64,000 nucleotides of DNA, from NCBI GenBank assembly GCA_001724265.1, contig MEDY01000124.1, forward strand, positions 1 to 64,000, written 5' to 3'. The notes below the pieces were generated by a model. It had not been told where the DNA came from. It searched no databases and worked only from the letters and a program-made list of their open reading frames with translations. The DNA comes from Rhizaria sp. SCN 62-66 (taxonomy: Eukaryota). Below, piece by piece: positions 25,601 through 38,900 of the stretch. The translations under genes were made by a program, and so were the position numbers. The stretch's first letter is position 1, and every line of letters starts with the position of its first letter.

Positions 25601-26956
25601 GTCACCAGCCGAGCCGCTGGCGTCGTCGTCGGAGCCCTCGTCGATGCGGACGCGCTTCTTGGCCTTTTGCGGCAGGGCGGCTGACCCGAAGGCCCCGAAC
25701 CCGGCGCCGGTGCCGAAGCCCAGTCCGAAGGTGTTGCCGCCCGCGGCGGCGCCGGCGTCGCCGGTATTAAAGCGGGCGCCGACGGTGAGCGCGCCGACGC
25801 TCTTGCCGCCCGCGACGGCCGCGGACGCGATGTCGTCATCAGCGTCGTCGGCGTCGGAGCCCGACCCCGCGCCGCCCGCGGTCATGCGCCGCATGCGCGC
25901 GCGCTCGAGCGCCAGCAGCCGGTCGCGGTGCACGGCGGCGACGTCCTCGGCGTTCTCGAGCTTGCTGCCCGCCACGGCGCGCTGGGAGAACTTGAGCTTG
26001 CGCGCCGCAGCGACGAAGTCGTCGTCCGAGTCGTCGCTGTAGCCGCCGGCAGCCTTGGCCGTGTCGGCGTCGCCCGCCTCGTCGCCGTCGTCGTCCGAGG
26101 CGTCCATGAGCTGCTGCTGGCGGCGCGTGAGGATGGGCTTGCCGTCCATGCCGATGCGCGCGACGCGGATGTCGTCGTCCTCGGCGCCGTCGGCGGAGGC
26201 GCGCGCAGACAGCGAGCCCGTGAGACGCTCACGGAGACGTTCCTCCTTCGACTTGAACTCGAGGAACGGGTGCAGCGCGGTGAGCGAGGCGTCCATCTCG
26301 GCCACCGAGGCCTGCAGGTCGAGCCCCTCCTGGTGGCGCTGCGCGCGGTAGAACTTGGACTTGGCCATGATCTCCTTCATGATATCATCCTTGGACATCT
26401 TGGCGCGCTCGGCGGCCGTCTTCTCGGGGAAGAGGTGGCGGCGCTGCGCCTCCAGGTCACCGCCACCGAAGTGCTCGAATTTGACCAGGTTCGACGGCAG
26501 CTCGCCCTTGTCTCCCGCGCCTTCGGCGTCCGAGTTGTCCGAATCAGAACCCAGCTTGGCGGCGTTGATCTGCTCGGCCGACATCGTCGAAAGCGACTGG
26601 CCCATGTGCGTCAGCTCGTCCTCGTCCTGCAGCGCGTACTTGCCGTTGCCCGACGTAAGCTTCCGCGTCAGCGCGGCCTGGCGTGCGCGCTCGGCCTGGA
26701 AGCGCGCAAGGTACTTGTCCTCTTCGGACATGCCCGCCTTGTTCTCGCCGAGGCGCGCGTCGTCGAACTTGTTCCGCTTCGACGCCGTCGAGAGCTCCGT
26801 CTGCAGCGCCTCCTTGCGCGCAGAGATGGCCTTGGCGCGCGACTTGGAGGCCGTGTTGATGGTCGTGCCGTGCGTCTGGCGGTTGAGCACATTGAACTTT
26901 TGCTTCGTGTCGCGCGTGTCGAACACGTCGCCGACAGTGAAGATGCGCTTGCTCAT
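22646..26956 (-). CDS. NOP14: Nucleolar protein 14 (40S biogenesis), 1436 aa
   Basis: NKFDDARLGE..MSEEDKYLARFQAER, ELTHMGQSL, HFGGG, MKEIMAKSKFYRAQR, LYPVSDFRHNITTP, SKRLVPE, KKLKRERKTTLREVR. Stop TGA. Confidence 0.93.
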   Translation of the reverse strand: MSKRIFTVGDVFDTRDTKQKFNVLNRQTHGTTINTASKSRAKAISARKEALQTELSTASKRNKFDDARLGENKAGMSEEDKYLARFQAERARQAALTRKLTSGNGKYALQDEDELTHMGQSLSTMSAEQINAAKLGSDSDNSDAEGAGDKGELPSNLVKFEHFGGGDLEAQRRHLFPEKTAAERAKMSKDDIMKEIMAKSKFYRAQRHQEGLDLQASVAEMDASLTALHPFLEFKSKEERLRERLTGSLSARASADGAEDDDIRVARIGMDGKPILTRRQQQLMDASDDDGDEAGDADTAKAAGGYSDDSDDDFVAAARKLKFSQRAVAGSKLENAEDVAAVHRDRLLALERARMRRMTAGGAGSGSDADDADDDIASAAVAGGKSVGALTVGARFNTGDAGAAAGGNTFGLGFGTGAGFGAFGSAALPQKAKKRVRIDEGSDDDASGSAGDSDDDEEEDDKGEIGGETLMNSDGELSSSGSDTASGEDNAESGEERDDEMEGMSSRDRKHQLKLLRKAEHRGAYDAARELRAQQAELNAATKEQRKQAAIARDAAKGAAKSGKPSSKPSDSDSDDDEDDEDEDEDEDEDGEDADAEADSDADDEDGDDEDDEDDDGSESEITGPQSKRPRPAVSVSAHTAAAAARLAVEDLGGNLQLDSHFGGGDDSFEASDLDSEDENAMLDDAVRERDAKKAKKAARKAAGSVGSGDDGDDSDLKSSGDDSGTTGSDDDLGSDDSDAEERKRRRRIARKMKFTEPTFADNTAEANPVPFTFNPPKMYRDLAATLATRGVDSRKALADHELIVSRMRTLFNPKLEDSLNQSRSETLFRALFRHLRVVTERAVRRVTAAETARKPCKLVSAAGSRADSDDAASSVSSVVPVAGALPLAASVPAGSSQQSAAAFVSVAPTLAAADWVAREAFEISDNVKKFSATASRDFVAAIRTSIQERLASPDPRAPSQALRSDFPVAHELMGLRLVGKLYPVSDFRHNITTPLTLLLAECLATLPLRGGRDLAAGLFIAGTLLEYTQDSKRLVPEIFSFLQSALVTLCNLAAADATATDSNASAAAAAAPAKKGKKAAVKAAAASASADTGLSSRVAAFAQSQMQPRDAAHRAALLEPRLRTVHPLACARSFADAVADDAFMAAPLAAVRSVQPPQSYDAAVTKAPEPVKMTARERAAADETADAIAALGAAAYATPASTAAPGSRIPLSLAFLPHNGFDVFASRTFLAAALATIFSLAFRAALAQRASVCFPELLAPLQTALTALQQRSAAGRAADAVAQHEVTDYARLPGDAPLAARVASLRVSLATAAARVALKRRPLQKFAKPVAVREFTPSVHENFVPGRTYDSSREVVETKKLVKKLKRERKTTLREVRRATELVAAERLRETTKMTRAIEAEKSRVWSILEREKNDTNLGTRVSTKKIAKMKQQRR

Positions 26957-27344
26957 CGCTGGACAGGCGCGTCGCGGCCGCGGGGGGTCAGCGGCGAAGA
27001 GGTGCTGGGGGGAAAAAAGGGTGGGAGAGAGGGAAGCGGGCCGGGACCACGAAAATGGGTGCGGGCTAGAGGTCGGGCGGCGAAGGGCAAAGACAGAGCG
27101 AAAAGGGGCGACAAAAGGAACAGCGCAGCGGTGAGTATAGAGCTTTTCGTAAGATTTCTATAGATTTAATAAAACAATTGCTCTTCTTATTTTCTTTAAA
27201 TCGCAGTTAAATCCCGTCGTGACGGTGTTTAGGGCCTGGCAGATATGTTTTGCGTGCAGCCCTCGCACCAACCAATAGCCGACCCGCCCGCCGCAGCGCG
27301 GCTGCAAGCGAGGGTTCTCAAAAATCTGGCGGCAGCAGCGAGAC

Positions 27345-27360
27345 GAGATGAGGCGATGAG
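27345..27360 (+). promoter_or_regulatory. Tandem PAC-like motifs (GAGATGAG, GCGATGAG) in the NOP14/REI1 divergent spacer
   Basis: Exact matches to the GMGATGAG core of the yeast PAC element, lying between two ribosome-biogenesis genes. Function is inferred only. Confidence 0.35.
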
Positions 27361-27402
27361 GAGGACTGGGTTGTGAGTCAAAAGTGATTACGTTCTGTTG
27401 AA

Positions 27403-29446
27403 ATGGACCATAATTACGACAACGATTTCATCTGCAATGCGTGCCAGTGCCCGTTGCCCACGCCCGAGTCTCGGTACGTTCTTCAGCTCCCCAGCAAAGC
27501 GTATATACGCACTATTCTGCACCCTTCGCCCTTCACACCATCTCGCCCTTCAGCCTCACCGCACTTGTTGTAATAGACCTGGTATATCGATGCTCGTGAG
27601 TACAACATGAATATTTTGTGCAAGAAGGAACTTGTAAATACTTATAACCACTCGTACATTTACCACCGGCTTACATTTTTCCCGCCATTTCCATGCTTCT
27701 CGCATCTCCACCACGAATGCATTGCCCGCATACCCTCCTTGCTCCCCTGCCCCGTATCACCCCAACGCCCCGCACAGTCTCCAGCACTACCGCACGACGT
27801 GGCACCGGTACAACGTGCGCCGCCGCTGCGTGGACCTGCCGCCGATCCCGCAGGAACTGTTCCTGAGCAAGTACGACAAGGTCCGCGAGGAGCTGGCCGC
27901 GCCGACCGTGCAGGAGCTCACCTGCCCCGTCACCAAGCGCACCTTCAAGACGGCCGCTGCGCTCGAGCACTTCCACAGCTCCAAGGCGTACCAGAAGGCG
28001 CTGGAGAAGGCCAACTCGCGCACTTCGCGCGCCGAGGACCTCGAAGCGCGCGTCGCCCGCGGCGAGGCCGTGCCGACCGAAGTGCGCAACAGCGACGGCG
28101 TCGTCGTCGACAAGGTGCTGTACCGCGTTCCCACGGCCGAGGAGGACCCCGTGAACCCCGAGGAGGAGGCGCTGCTGCGCCGCGACACTGCGCGCGCCGA
28201 GGCCGCCGCCGCGACGGGCGGTGTGCTTGCGCCCAGCGTGGCGACGGCGGCCGAGTCGTCCGCGGCCGCGCTGGCGGGCGAGGAGGCGCGCCGCACGGGC
28301 CAGCTCCCCGTGCCGACTTCGGCAGCGATGCTGGAGATCATGGCCGAGGCCGGGTACGCGCCCGACAACCTGCTGCACCGCCCGATCCCGCTGCGCTACT
28401 CGCTGTTCGACCGCGTGGGTCCGTTCCGCTCCGTCAAGGGCTGTCTCGACTACATGCTGCGCGAATACGGCTTCCACATCCCGTTCGTGGCGTACTTGAC
28501 CAACCTCGAGGGGCTGATGGAGTATCTGGGCACCAAGGTTGGCGTGGGCCACACGTGCGTGTGGTGCCACAAGGGCTTCGCGTCGCTCAAGGACGTGCAG
28601 CAGCACATGCGCGACATGGGCCACTGCATGATCTCGCTCGACGACGAGGAGGGGCAGGAGGACGAGGACTTGCACGAGTACTTCGAGTTCACGCACACGC
28701 TCGACCGCGAGGCCAACAACGGCGAGGACGACAACGACGAGTGGCTCGGCGACGCCGACGCCGCCGCCACTGTCGCCAACGACGGCGACAACGAGGAAGA
28801 GGAGGAGACGGGCGCGAGCAAGCCCAAGGTGATGACCGACAACGCCGACGCCGACGACGAGGACGCTAAGGCCGCCGCGCTGCCCAAGCTCACCAAAGAG
28901 GAACGTCTGCAGCTGCGTGCGACGCAGCGCCTGCGCACGCTGCAGCTGCTGCGGCTCAAGACGGCCGCCGAGGCCGCCGAGGCCGAGGAGCACCTCAACG
29001 CCGTGGCCGCGATCCCGTCCGCGGAGCGCGCGCTGGTGGAGCGCCCCGAGCAGACGTACAAGGGCATTCTGACCTTCGCAGCGCCGCGCAAGCGCGAGCT
29101 GGTGGAGAAGAACGAGCTGGGCGAGCTTGTGTTCGCCGACGGCAGTGTTATCGGCCACCGCCAGTACAGGCACATGTACCGCCAGCGGCAGGCGACGACC
29201 GAAGAGCGCGACCCCGAGGAGGAGCTCGAGGCGCGCCAGATGCGCGCCGCGCTGACGAACCAGTACGCGTCGCTCCAGATGCCCGGGTACGCCTACACGG
29301 TGACCGAGACGCCCAAGGAGTACTCGGTGGCGATGGAGAAGCAGCACCGCGAGGTGCGCCAGCGCAAGCTGCGCGAGGAGAACAAGCAGGGTATCAACTA
29401 CAACATGATCCTGCGTCGCTGGTTCCGCCACCAGGTCCCCAAGTAA
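27403..29446 (+). CDS. REI1: Cytoplasmic pre-60S maturation factor REI1/ZNF622, ~579 aa; exons 27403-27473 and 27778-29446
   Basis: Splicing rebuilds the N-terminal zinc finger FICNACQCPLPTPESR|LQHYRTTWHRYNVRRRCVDLPPI. Also YGFHIP..YLTNLEGLMEYLGTKV, CVWC..F..LKDVQQHMRDMGHC and ELVFADGSVIGHRQYRHMYRQ. Stop TAA. Confidence 0.92.
27474..27777 (+). other. Spliceosomal intron (304 nt, phase 2) in REI1
   Basis: CG|GTACGT ... CGCACAG|T gives CGT (Arg) and unites CxxC with the His pair. Confidence 0.88.
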
Positions 29447-29840
29447 GCGCCGAGAAGGGCGCGCCAGTGCTGCAAGGCAAGGGCAAAGGTTAGCAACACT
29501 GTCAATCGAAGAAGAAGGCTTTTATCAGCGTTGCCTTGCGTTCCTTGTGTGATCGATCTTGCTTGCTGCTGCTTTGAACACTTTTGTTTTCGTTCTTTTG
29601 TTTGTTTTTGTTTTGCTCGCGCATCTAGTTCGCGATTGTCTGCCACTGTTACGTGTGTCAGTTGGAGGACGTGCTTGTGCGCACGCTTTTCTTGCTGTTG
29701 GTTGTTGGTTGACGATGGTGGCAAGGACTCATTTCGTTTTAGACCTCAAAATATACACATTTTAATTTTCACAGTTCGCTTGACGCAATGTATGTTGCAT
29801 GTCAATTCTGCAATCGTTTATTCGTAGCTGTCTCACACAG

Positions 29841-32315
<2,475 letters not shown>

Positions 32316-32605
32316 GGCGAAAGTGCCGTGGCCACAATCGTTGCTCGCCTCAAGTAGGTAGTCGTTATTGTGGATGCCCTGAATATAACAGTGACTTCGA
32401 AGACTTGCTTTCGCTGAGGCGACAGGGTGAATCGAGAAGAGATTGATGATACGTTAATATAGATTCTCTGAATATATAATTAAGAAGTTCAATTTAAAAC
32501 ATAGATATAATAATTCTCTCAAAATGCCATGTCTATTGACGAACATCTAAATGATATCAAACTATTTTTTTGTTGCTTCATTCTATCTCCCAACAAGGAT
32601 CAAGC

Positions 32606-35600
32606 ATGCTTCGCTCCGCACTTTCGTGCAGGCGCGGAGCTCTTGCTCTTTCACGTTTCACACTGCCCTTCGTTGTTACAACAACTTCAACACTGAGTGC
32701 ATCCATTTCTACCCGCGGCTTTGCTGTGCGCCTGCATCAATCTCTCCCGACGGTGAAGCCGAGTTTCTCCTGCCCCCTCGCCCCTCGTGCTTTGCCCGCT
32801 GCCACCACCGCTCTTCGCGCCTCGCTTCCCGCCTCAATTCGCGCTTTCTCCGCGGCCCATGCATCCCCTGTGACCGCGCGGCCGCACATGCTCGGCGAGG
32901 ACTCCGGTAACGAGCGCACGCACACCTGCGCGGCCGCCGCGGCCCTCGCGCCCGGCACACCAGTGTGCCTCACCGGTTGGGTGATGCGCTCGCGCGCGCT
33001 CGGCGGCGTCCTCTTCCTCGCGCTGCGCGACCATACGGGCTCGCTACAGTGCGTGTGGGAGCTCGCGCACGCCACCGCCGCCGCGGCGCCGCTGCTGGCC
33101 GCTTTTCCGGGGCTGGCGGACGCAGGCGCGCTCGGGCCCGCTGGCTTCGCAGCCGCGTCCGAGGCGCGCGTCGAGTCCGTCGTCTCGGTCCACGGCGTCA
33201 TCCGCACGCGCGAGACCGCTGCGCGCACGCGCGGCACCGCCGGCGGCAAGGGCGCTGTTGATGCGAGCACGGCGGATGAGAGTACCAAGAGCTTCACAGC
33301 TCTGGACTGGACGGCACAGTCGCTCGCCGCGGCCCAGAGCAACGGCTCTGCGGCCGGGCTGGCGTCCGCACAGACAAGCCCGGTCTCGGCGTCCCCGGTG
33401 TCCCTGGCGTGCGTGGGGCAGTCCCCGTTTGCGGGCGTGACTGCGGCGCCGCAGCCGAGCCTGGGCGCGCTGGCCGAGGCCTCCGCGCTGCCCGTCGAGC
33501 TAGCCATCACCTCGCTCAAGGTGCTCAACCCGGCCGCCACGCTGCCGGGCGTCTTCTTCCCGGGCGCCGGCGAGACGCTCTCGGACGAGGACACGCGGCT
33601 GAAGCACCGCTACATTGACCTGCGCCGCCCGCAGCTGCAGGCCGCCGTGCGCGCGCGCGCCCGCATCACCGCGGCGGCCCGCACAGCGCTCACCGCTGCC
33701 GGCTTCACAGAGGTCGAGACGCCCGCGCTGGTCAAGTCGACGCCCGAGGGCGCGCGCGAGTTTCTAGTGCCGTCGCGCGCGGCGGGGGCGTTCTACGCGC
33801 TGCCGCAGTCGCCGCAGCAGCACAAGCAGCTGCTCATGGCGGGCGGCGTGGACCGCTACTTCCAGGTCGCGCGCTGCTTCCGCGACGAACACGGCCGCCA
33901 GGACCGCCAGCCAGAGTTCACACAGATCGACCTGGAGATGGCGTTTGTTACGCAGCGCGAGGTCATGGCCGCCGCCGAGGCGCTCGTCGCGGCCGCGCAC
34001 GAGGCCCAGTTCGGCGTCGCGCCCGCGCTACCCCTGCCGCAAATGCCCTTCTTCGAGGCGCTCGACCGCTTCGGCTCCGACAAGCCCGACTTGCGCTACG
34101 CGCTGCCGCTACACGACATCACCGACGCCATGCTCAACGGCTATGAGGGCGGCGCGGACGCTGCTGTAGCCAGTGACGCACTGCTCGCGCGCTGCGAGAG
34201 CCTATACCCCGGCTTCGTGTCTGCACACGCTGAGCACAGCAACAACACCAGCAGCACCAGTGTCACTGTGAACGCAGATGGGACTGCCGCCACGCGCGTG
34301 CCCGCGCGGTCGGTGCTGCCGTGCGTCAAGGCGCTGGTGCTGCGCGGCCAGGCGCCCGCGCTGTCCAAGAGCAAGTCTAAGGACGCGGTCGCGGGTGTGC
34401 GCCGCGCGGGCGAGAGCGCCGCCACGCCCGACGGCGTCTTCGTTGTGCACGCGGGCAAATGGAAGCCGCCGCCGTCGCTGCCGGCGCTTGCGAGCCCCGC
34501 CGTGCGCGCGCGGCTCCAGCAGCAGCTCGCGCTGGGCGACGACGACCTGCTGCTCATCGCGGCGGGGCCCTGGGAGGGTGTGTGCAACGCGATGGGCCGC
34601 GTGCGCGCCGCGGCGGCGCGGCTACTGCCGGCCGACGCGCCTGATGCGACGCCCGTGCTGCTGCGCAACAGCGCCGGCACGGCGACCTACGCCGCCACCT
34701 GCGAGGCCCGCGAGCGCGCGCGCAGCGCCCGGGCGACCAAGACCGCGACCGCGACTGCGGACGCCGACTCGGCGGGTGCCGCGAGCGCTGCTGCGGGCGC
34801 GAGCGCTCTCACAGCGGGCGTGAACGAGGGCCCGCTGCCGATGCTGCACTGGGTGACGGACTTCCCTCTGCTGGACGTGACGGTGCCGCCCGCGGTGTGG
34901 CGCCAGCGCAGCACGGCGGGCGCGCGCCACGTCTCGCGCGCTGCCGGCGGCAGCAGCGACGACGCCGCAGCGGCTGCGGGCGAGGCGGGCGCTGCGGGCG
35001 GCAAGGACGTGTTCATCCAGGCCATGCACCACCCGTTTACCGCGCCGCACCCCGCGGACGCCACCGAGGCCGACGCGCTGCTTGCTAAATTCGTCAACAA
35101 CAGCAACGCGCCCGCGAGCGGCAGCAGTGATCCGCAGAGTGTGGCTGAGAATAGCAAGAGCGACCGTGCGTTCCCGCTGTCATTCGCGGAGCTCTCGGCG
35201 CTGCTGCAGGTGCGCGCGCAGCACTACGACCTGGTCGCCAACGGGCTCGAGGTCGGCGGCGGCTCCGTGCGCCTGCACGCGCCGCCGCGCCAGACAGCGG
35301 TGCTGCGGACGATGGGCGTGGACCCCGCGCAGTTCGAGCACCTGCTCGCCGCCCTGGGCTCGGGCTGCCCCCCGCACGGCGGCTTCGCGGCGGGGCTGGA
35401 CCGTCTCGTCGCGCTCCTCGCCACGGGCTCCGGCGCACCGCTGCCGCTGCGCGACGTCATCGCCTTCCCCAAGACGCTCACGGGCAAGGACGCGCTGCTG
35501 GGCGCGCCCGCGCCGGCGACCGCGGCGCAGCTCGCGGAGTACCACATCGCCACCGTTGCGCCGGCGCGTAGTAGCAACAGCGGCGACGGCAGTGGTGAGG

Positions 35601-35608
35601 CCAAGTGA
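32606..35608 (+). CDS. DARS2: Bacterial-type (mitochondrial) aspartyl-tRNA synthetase with N-terminal targeting peptide, ~1000 aa
   Basis: RTHTC, GWV..R.LGGVLFLALRD, RLKHRYIDLRR, TPEGAREFLVP, YALPQSPQQHKQLLM..GVDRYFQVARCFRDE, DRQPEFTQIDLEM, FGSDKPDLR, HHPFTAP, YDLVANGLEVGGGS, PPHGGFAAGLDRL, VIAFPKT. Arg/Ser/Leu-rich, acid-poor N-terminus from ATG 32606. Stop TGA. Confidence 0.95.
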   Translation: MLRSALSCRRGALALSRFTLPFVVTTTSTLSASISTRGFAVRLHQSLPTVKPSFSCPLAPRALPAATTALRASLPASIRAFSAAHASPVTARPHMLGEDSGNERTHTCAAAAALAPGTPVCLTGWVMRSRALGGVLFLALRDHTGSLQCVWELAHATAAAAPLLAAFPGLADAGALGPAGFAAASEARVESVVSVHGVIRTRETAARTRGTAGGKGAVDASTADESTKSFTALDWTAQSLAAAQSNGSAAGLASAQTSPVSASPVSLACVGQSPFAGVTAAPQPSLGALAEASALPVELAITSLKVLNPAATLPGVFFPGAGETLSDEDTRLKHRYIDLRRPQLQAAVRARARITAAARTALTAAGFTEVETPALVKSTPEGAREFLVPSRAAGAFYALPQSPQQHKQLLMAGGVDRYFQVARCFRDEHGRQDRQPEFTQIDLEMAFVTQREVMAAAEALVAAAHEAQFGVAPALPLPQMPFFEALDRFGSDKPDLRYALPLHDITDAMLNGYEGGADAAVASDALLARCESLYPGFVSAHAEHSNNTSSTSVTVNADGTAATRVPARSVLPCVKALVLRGQAPALSKSKSKDAVAGVRRAGESAATPDGVFVVHAGKWKPPPSLPALASPAVRARLQQQLALGDDDLLLIAAGPWEGVCNAMGRVRAAAARLLPADAPDATPVLLRNSAGTATYAATCEARERARSARATKTATATADADSAGAASAAAGASALTAGVNEGPLPMLHWVTDFPLLDVTVPPAVWRQRSTAGARHVSRAAGGSSDDAAAAAGEAGAAGGKDVFIQAMHHPFTAPHPADATEADALLAKFVNNSNAPASGSSDPQSVAENSKSDRAFPLSFAELSALLQVRAQHYDLVANGLEVGGGSVRLHAPPRQTAVLRTMGVDPAQFEHLLAALGSGCPPHGGFAAGLDRLVALLATGSGAPLPLRDVIAFPKTLTGKDALLGAPAPATAAQLAEYHIATVAPARSSNSGDGSGEAK

Positions 35609-35929
35609 TATGGGCAGCTGAGTGACTATTTATTATATTGCAATCATATCGTGATGCTTTTGTTTAAAATGCGACTATTTTGTCTGTTATTCACGTTTCG
35701 ATACATAATGGCCATTTCCTAGAAACCCATGGCTGAATTATGACAAATATAGCAGGAACCACCACCAGTAACAACACGCAAATGAAAAAGAAGGAAAACA
35801 GTATCTACAATAAGTACTTTAGCTTTGCGCACTTTGCTTAGAAGCCATGTTCGTCTTAATAAAAACAAACTGCACATCGTTGTTATTGACGTTTTATTCT
35901 GACATTCCTTCTTGTTTTGTGTTTGTCTC

Positions 35930-38900
35930 TCATGCGTCTGAAAGCTCAGAGGCCTCATCAGCCGCGTGTTCCGCTGCCTCCACAGCAGCGGCGACCGACT
36001 TCTCGCTATGCCCCGCGGCAATCGCATCAGCAGGGAGCGAGTGTTGTCCATGCGCATGCGCTAAGTGGCAGTGCGCCGCAGTGTCCGCCTGACTTTGCAC
36101 GCTCTGCTGGCTGTGCGCGTCACGCGGCTCCTGCTGCAGGAGCTACGACTGCTCGTTATGCGACGGCGGCTGGAGCTGCACTGGCTGCGCTGGTTGCACA
36201 TCTTGCGCGCTGCTCTGCGGTGACCCCTGGTGCACCTGTGGGGGCGACAGTGCGGGCTGCTGAGACATGTGCTGCGAGGAGTGCGGTGCAGGCTGCGACC
36301 GTGAGTTCGGATGCGTCAGCGGTTGAGCAACGTTTGGCTGTGATACCTGCTGTGATGACTGCTGGACGGCAGTTCCCTGCGACTGGGTCTGCGCATGCTG
36401 TGCTGCCTGCGGTTGCGCTGACTGCAACCGACTTGCGTGCGGCTGGGGGATCCGCCTTTGATCTTGAGACTGCGGTGTCTGCGACATAGACAGTGGGAGC
36501 TCGCCAAGGCCGCCGCTGACACTAACACCATTGCTGCTTGTCGCAGACACTTGCGGTGACTGCGGCTGCCGCTGCGAGTTGAGCTGTGAGAGTTGATGCG
36601 GGGAGCTTCGGGCCAGCTGAAGGTGCTCCTGTTGAGAGCTGTGGAGTTGCGATTGATGCTGCGGGTGCTGAGAGAACCGCGGTTGTTGCGACACTTGCGA
36701 GTGCCGCGGTGGTGTCGCCTGCGGTTGCGGAGACAGCAGCTTCTGCTGCAGCGGTGACTGAAGCTGGCTTTGCTGCGGTGAGCTTTGCTAAGAGCGCCGC
36801 TGCTGCGACAGCGCCAGAGCCTGCTGCTCAAGCTGAGTATGGGACTTCACATGGGACAGCATGCTCAGGTTGGCCTGTGACAGCGACTGCGGCATGTTCA
36901 GTAGCCTTTCTTTGTGCACGCCCCCTTCCGCGTCCGACTCAGAGTCAGCCCGCGGGCTGCGCTGCAACGGAGTCAGCTGCGACGGGGACCGCAGTTGCAG
37001 TGGTGGGCGCTGTGCCTGCGAATGTGACGGCGACTGTAGCTGCGTTCGCTGTTGGCGTGCCTGTTGCGACTGCGAGAGCGATGCTTGACGCGATTGCTCG
37101 CGTTGCTGTAACGGGGACATCTGCTGCGAGTGCGGCCACGTGAGCACGTGTGCCGGAGACTGCGCTGGAGAGCGTTGACGCAGTTGTGCCGGAGACTGTG
37201 ATGGTGAGCGCACCTGCGACTGCGCTTGCGACGCGCGCGAGCTTTCAATGGCGGCCTGACTGCTTGCGCTCTGACTCCGTGTCTCGCCTGTGCCAGCGTC
37301 AGCGCGGCCGATAGTGCCACTGGCATCTCTGCGGTTTCTGCTGTCAACAGCAACCTCGTCATAGCCCGCACCGCTGCCGAGAGCGTTCGCGTCCACTGGC
37401 GGCCCCGCACCGGTCACTGCGCTCACGCTTGTGTTTGTTTCCGCCCCCGTGATTGCGTTGTCGCCGATACCCTTTGTGCAGATATCGCGATCGTCCACCA
37501 TCGGCGTCCCGGCGACACCCTCGCTGTCGACGACGGCGGTCGCAACAGGCGCGGCTTGAGGACCATTACTCAGCGTGCTGCCGGCAACCTTGTCGCCCTC
37601 GACTGGGTGCGCATCAGTGCGACGAGCGCTTGACCGACCGCGAGACACCGCTGCCGCCTCCGCCTTCGCCATTGCAAGTGCCTCGGCATCGGCCTGCGCC
37701 ACCTTTGCCTTTGCTTTTGCGGCCGCCTCAGCCTACGCCTTGTTCTCCAGGCTCTCAGTCACCAAATCGCGCTCAGTTTTGCCGCCAACCCCGTCGCGAC
37801 TCACCGCGGCCTTCACCTCCCGCGCCCGCGCATCGGCCGACTTGGCGGCCCGTTTATCCGCCGCGGCCTCTTGCTGCGCCAGCGCCGCGCCCGCCGCGGC
37901 CTCGGTCTGGTCCGCCTGGCTAAGCCACCACGCGTCGACGAGGGCCGCCGTCGCGGGCACGCGGCCCTGCGGCGGCCGGGCGCCGAGGCCAACCAGCGGG
38001 CTAACGACGCTGTTGCTAACATGCGCGCGGCCGTGGCTCGGGGCGGGGGCCGGGGCGGGCGCGTGTGCGAGCGCGCCGAGGCCGGGACTGGCCGCCACGC
38101 CGACGGTGGCGAACGGCATGGGAACGGATGATGACGTGTTGTCGTACTCTTTGACGCTGTCGGAGCTGTTGACGCCGCTGAGGGTAGTGTTGTTGTTGGC
38201 GTTTTCATTGTCGCTGTCATTGAGTACCATGTTCGCAAGACTGTTCACATTCTCATCATTCGCACTGTTTGTGTCGTCCGCGTTGGCGCTTCTGATAGCA
38301 GCGTCGGCATCTGTATCACCGGCGTCACTGTCGTTGGCGGCATCACTTGCTGCGTCAAGTACAGCTGCAGCGACATCCTTTGCAAGAAAATCGTCGCTAA
38401 TACTTTTTGTCGCCGTCTGATCTGCATGCGCATCATCATCCGCATGAGCCATGTCACGATGAACAGCGTGTTCAAGGTTCATATCCCGGCCCTTTGTAAC
38501 CACAGCCGCGTCCTCCGCCGTGATTGCGCGCGCCACCACCGCGTTCCCAGTAGCTGCCGCGGCGGCCTTGCGCGCCGCCGCGGCTTTGAGCGTCTCCGCT
38601 ATCGGCGGCACCCAGTCAGACGGCCTGCCGAAGGGCACCTGGGACTGGTACCTGAAGTTGGACCGCTGCGAGCTAGCCTACATCTTCACGTTAAGCTTCC
38701 GCCGCGCCGGCGCGTTCTCCGCGTCTTCCTCGTCATTGTCTAGGTCACTGTGATGACTACGATCGGCAATGTCGTCGTCATCTTCGTGGCCGACATCGCC
38801 GGCGTGAGCTACCGAGCCACGTCGCAGCCCTTGCCTCACCACCGCGCCCTTGGCTCCCGTGCCCGCGAGGCCGTCGTCGCCGTCGCGGTCCGCGCTCGCC

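Noticed and set aside
27554-27595. Possible cassette mini-exon or snoRNA in the long REI1 intron (AG at 27552 or 27575, GTGAGT at 27596)
   Set aside because: Inclusion would insert 14 aa into the zinc finger or shift the frame, and I saw no convincing C/D or H/ACA box arrangement. Unsupported without RNA data.
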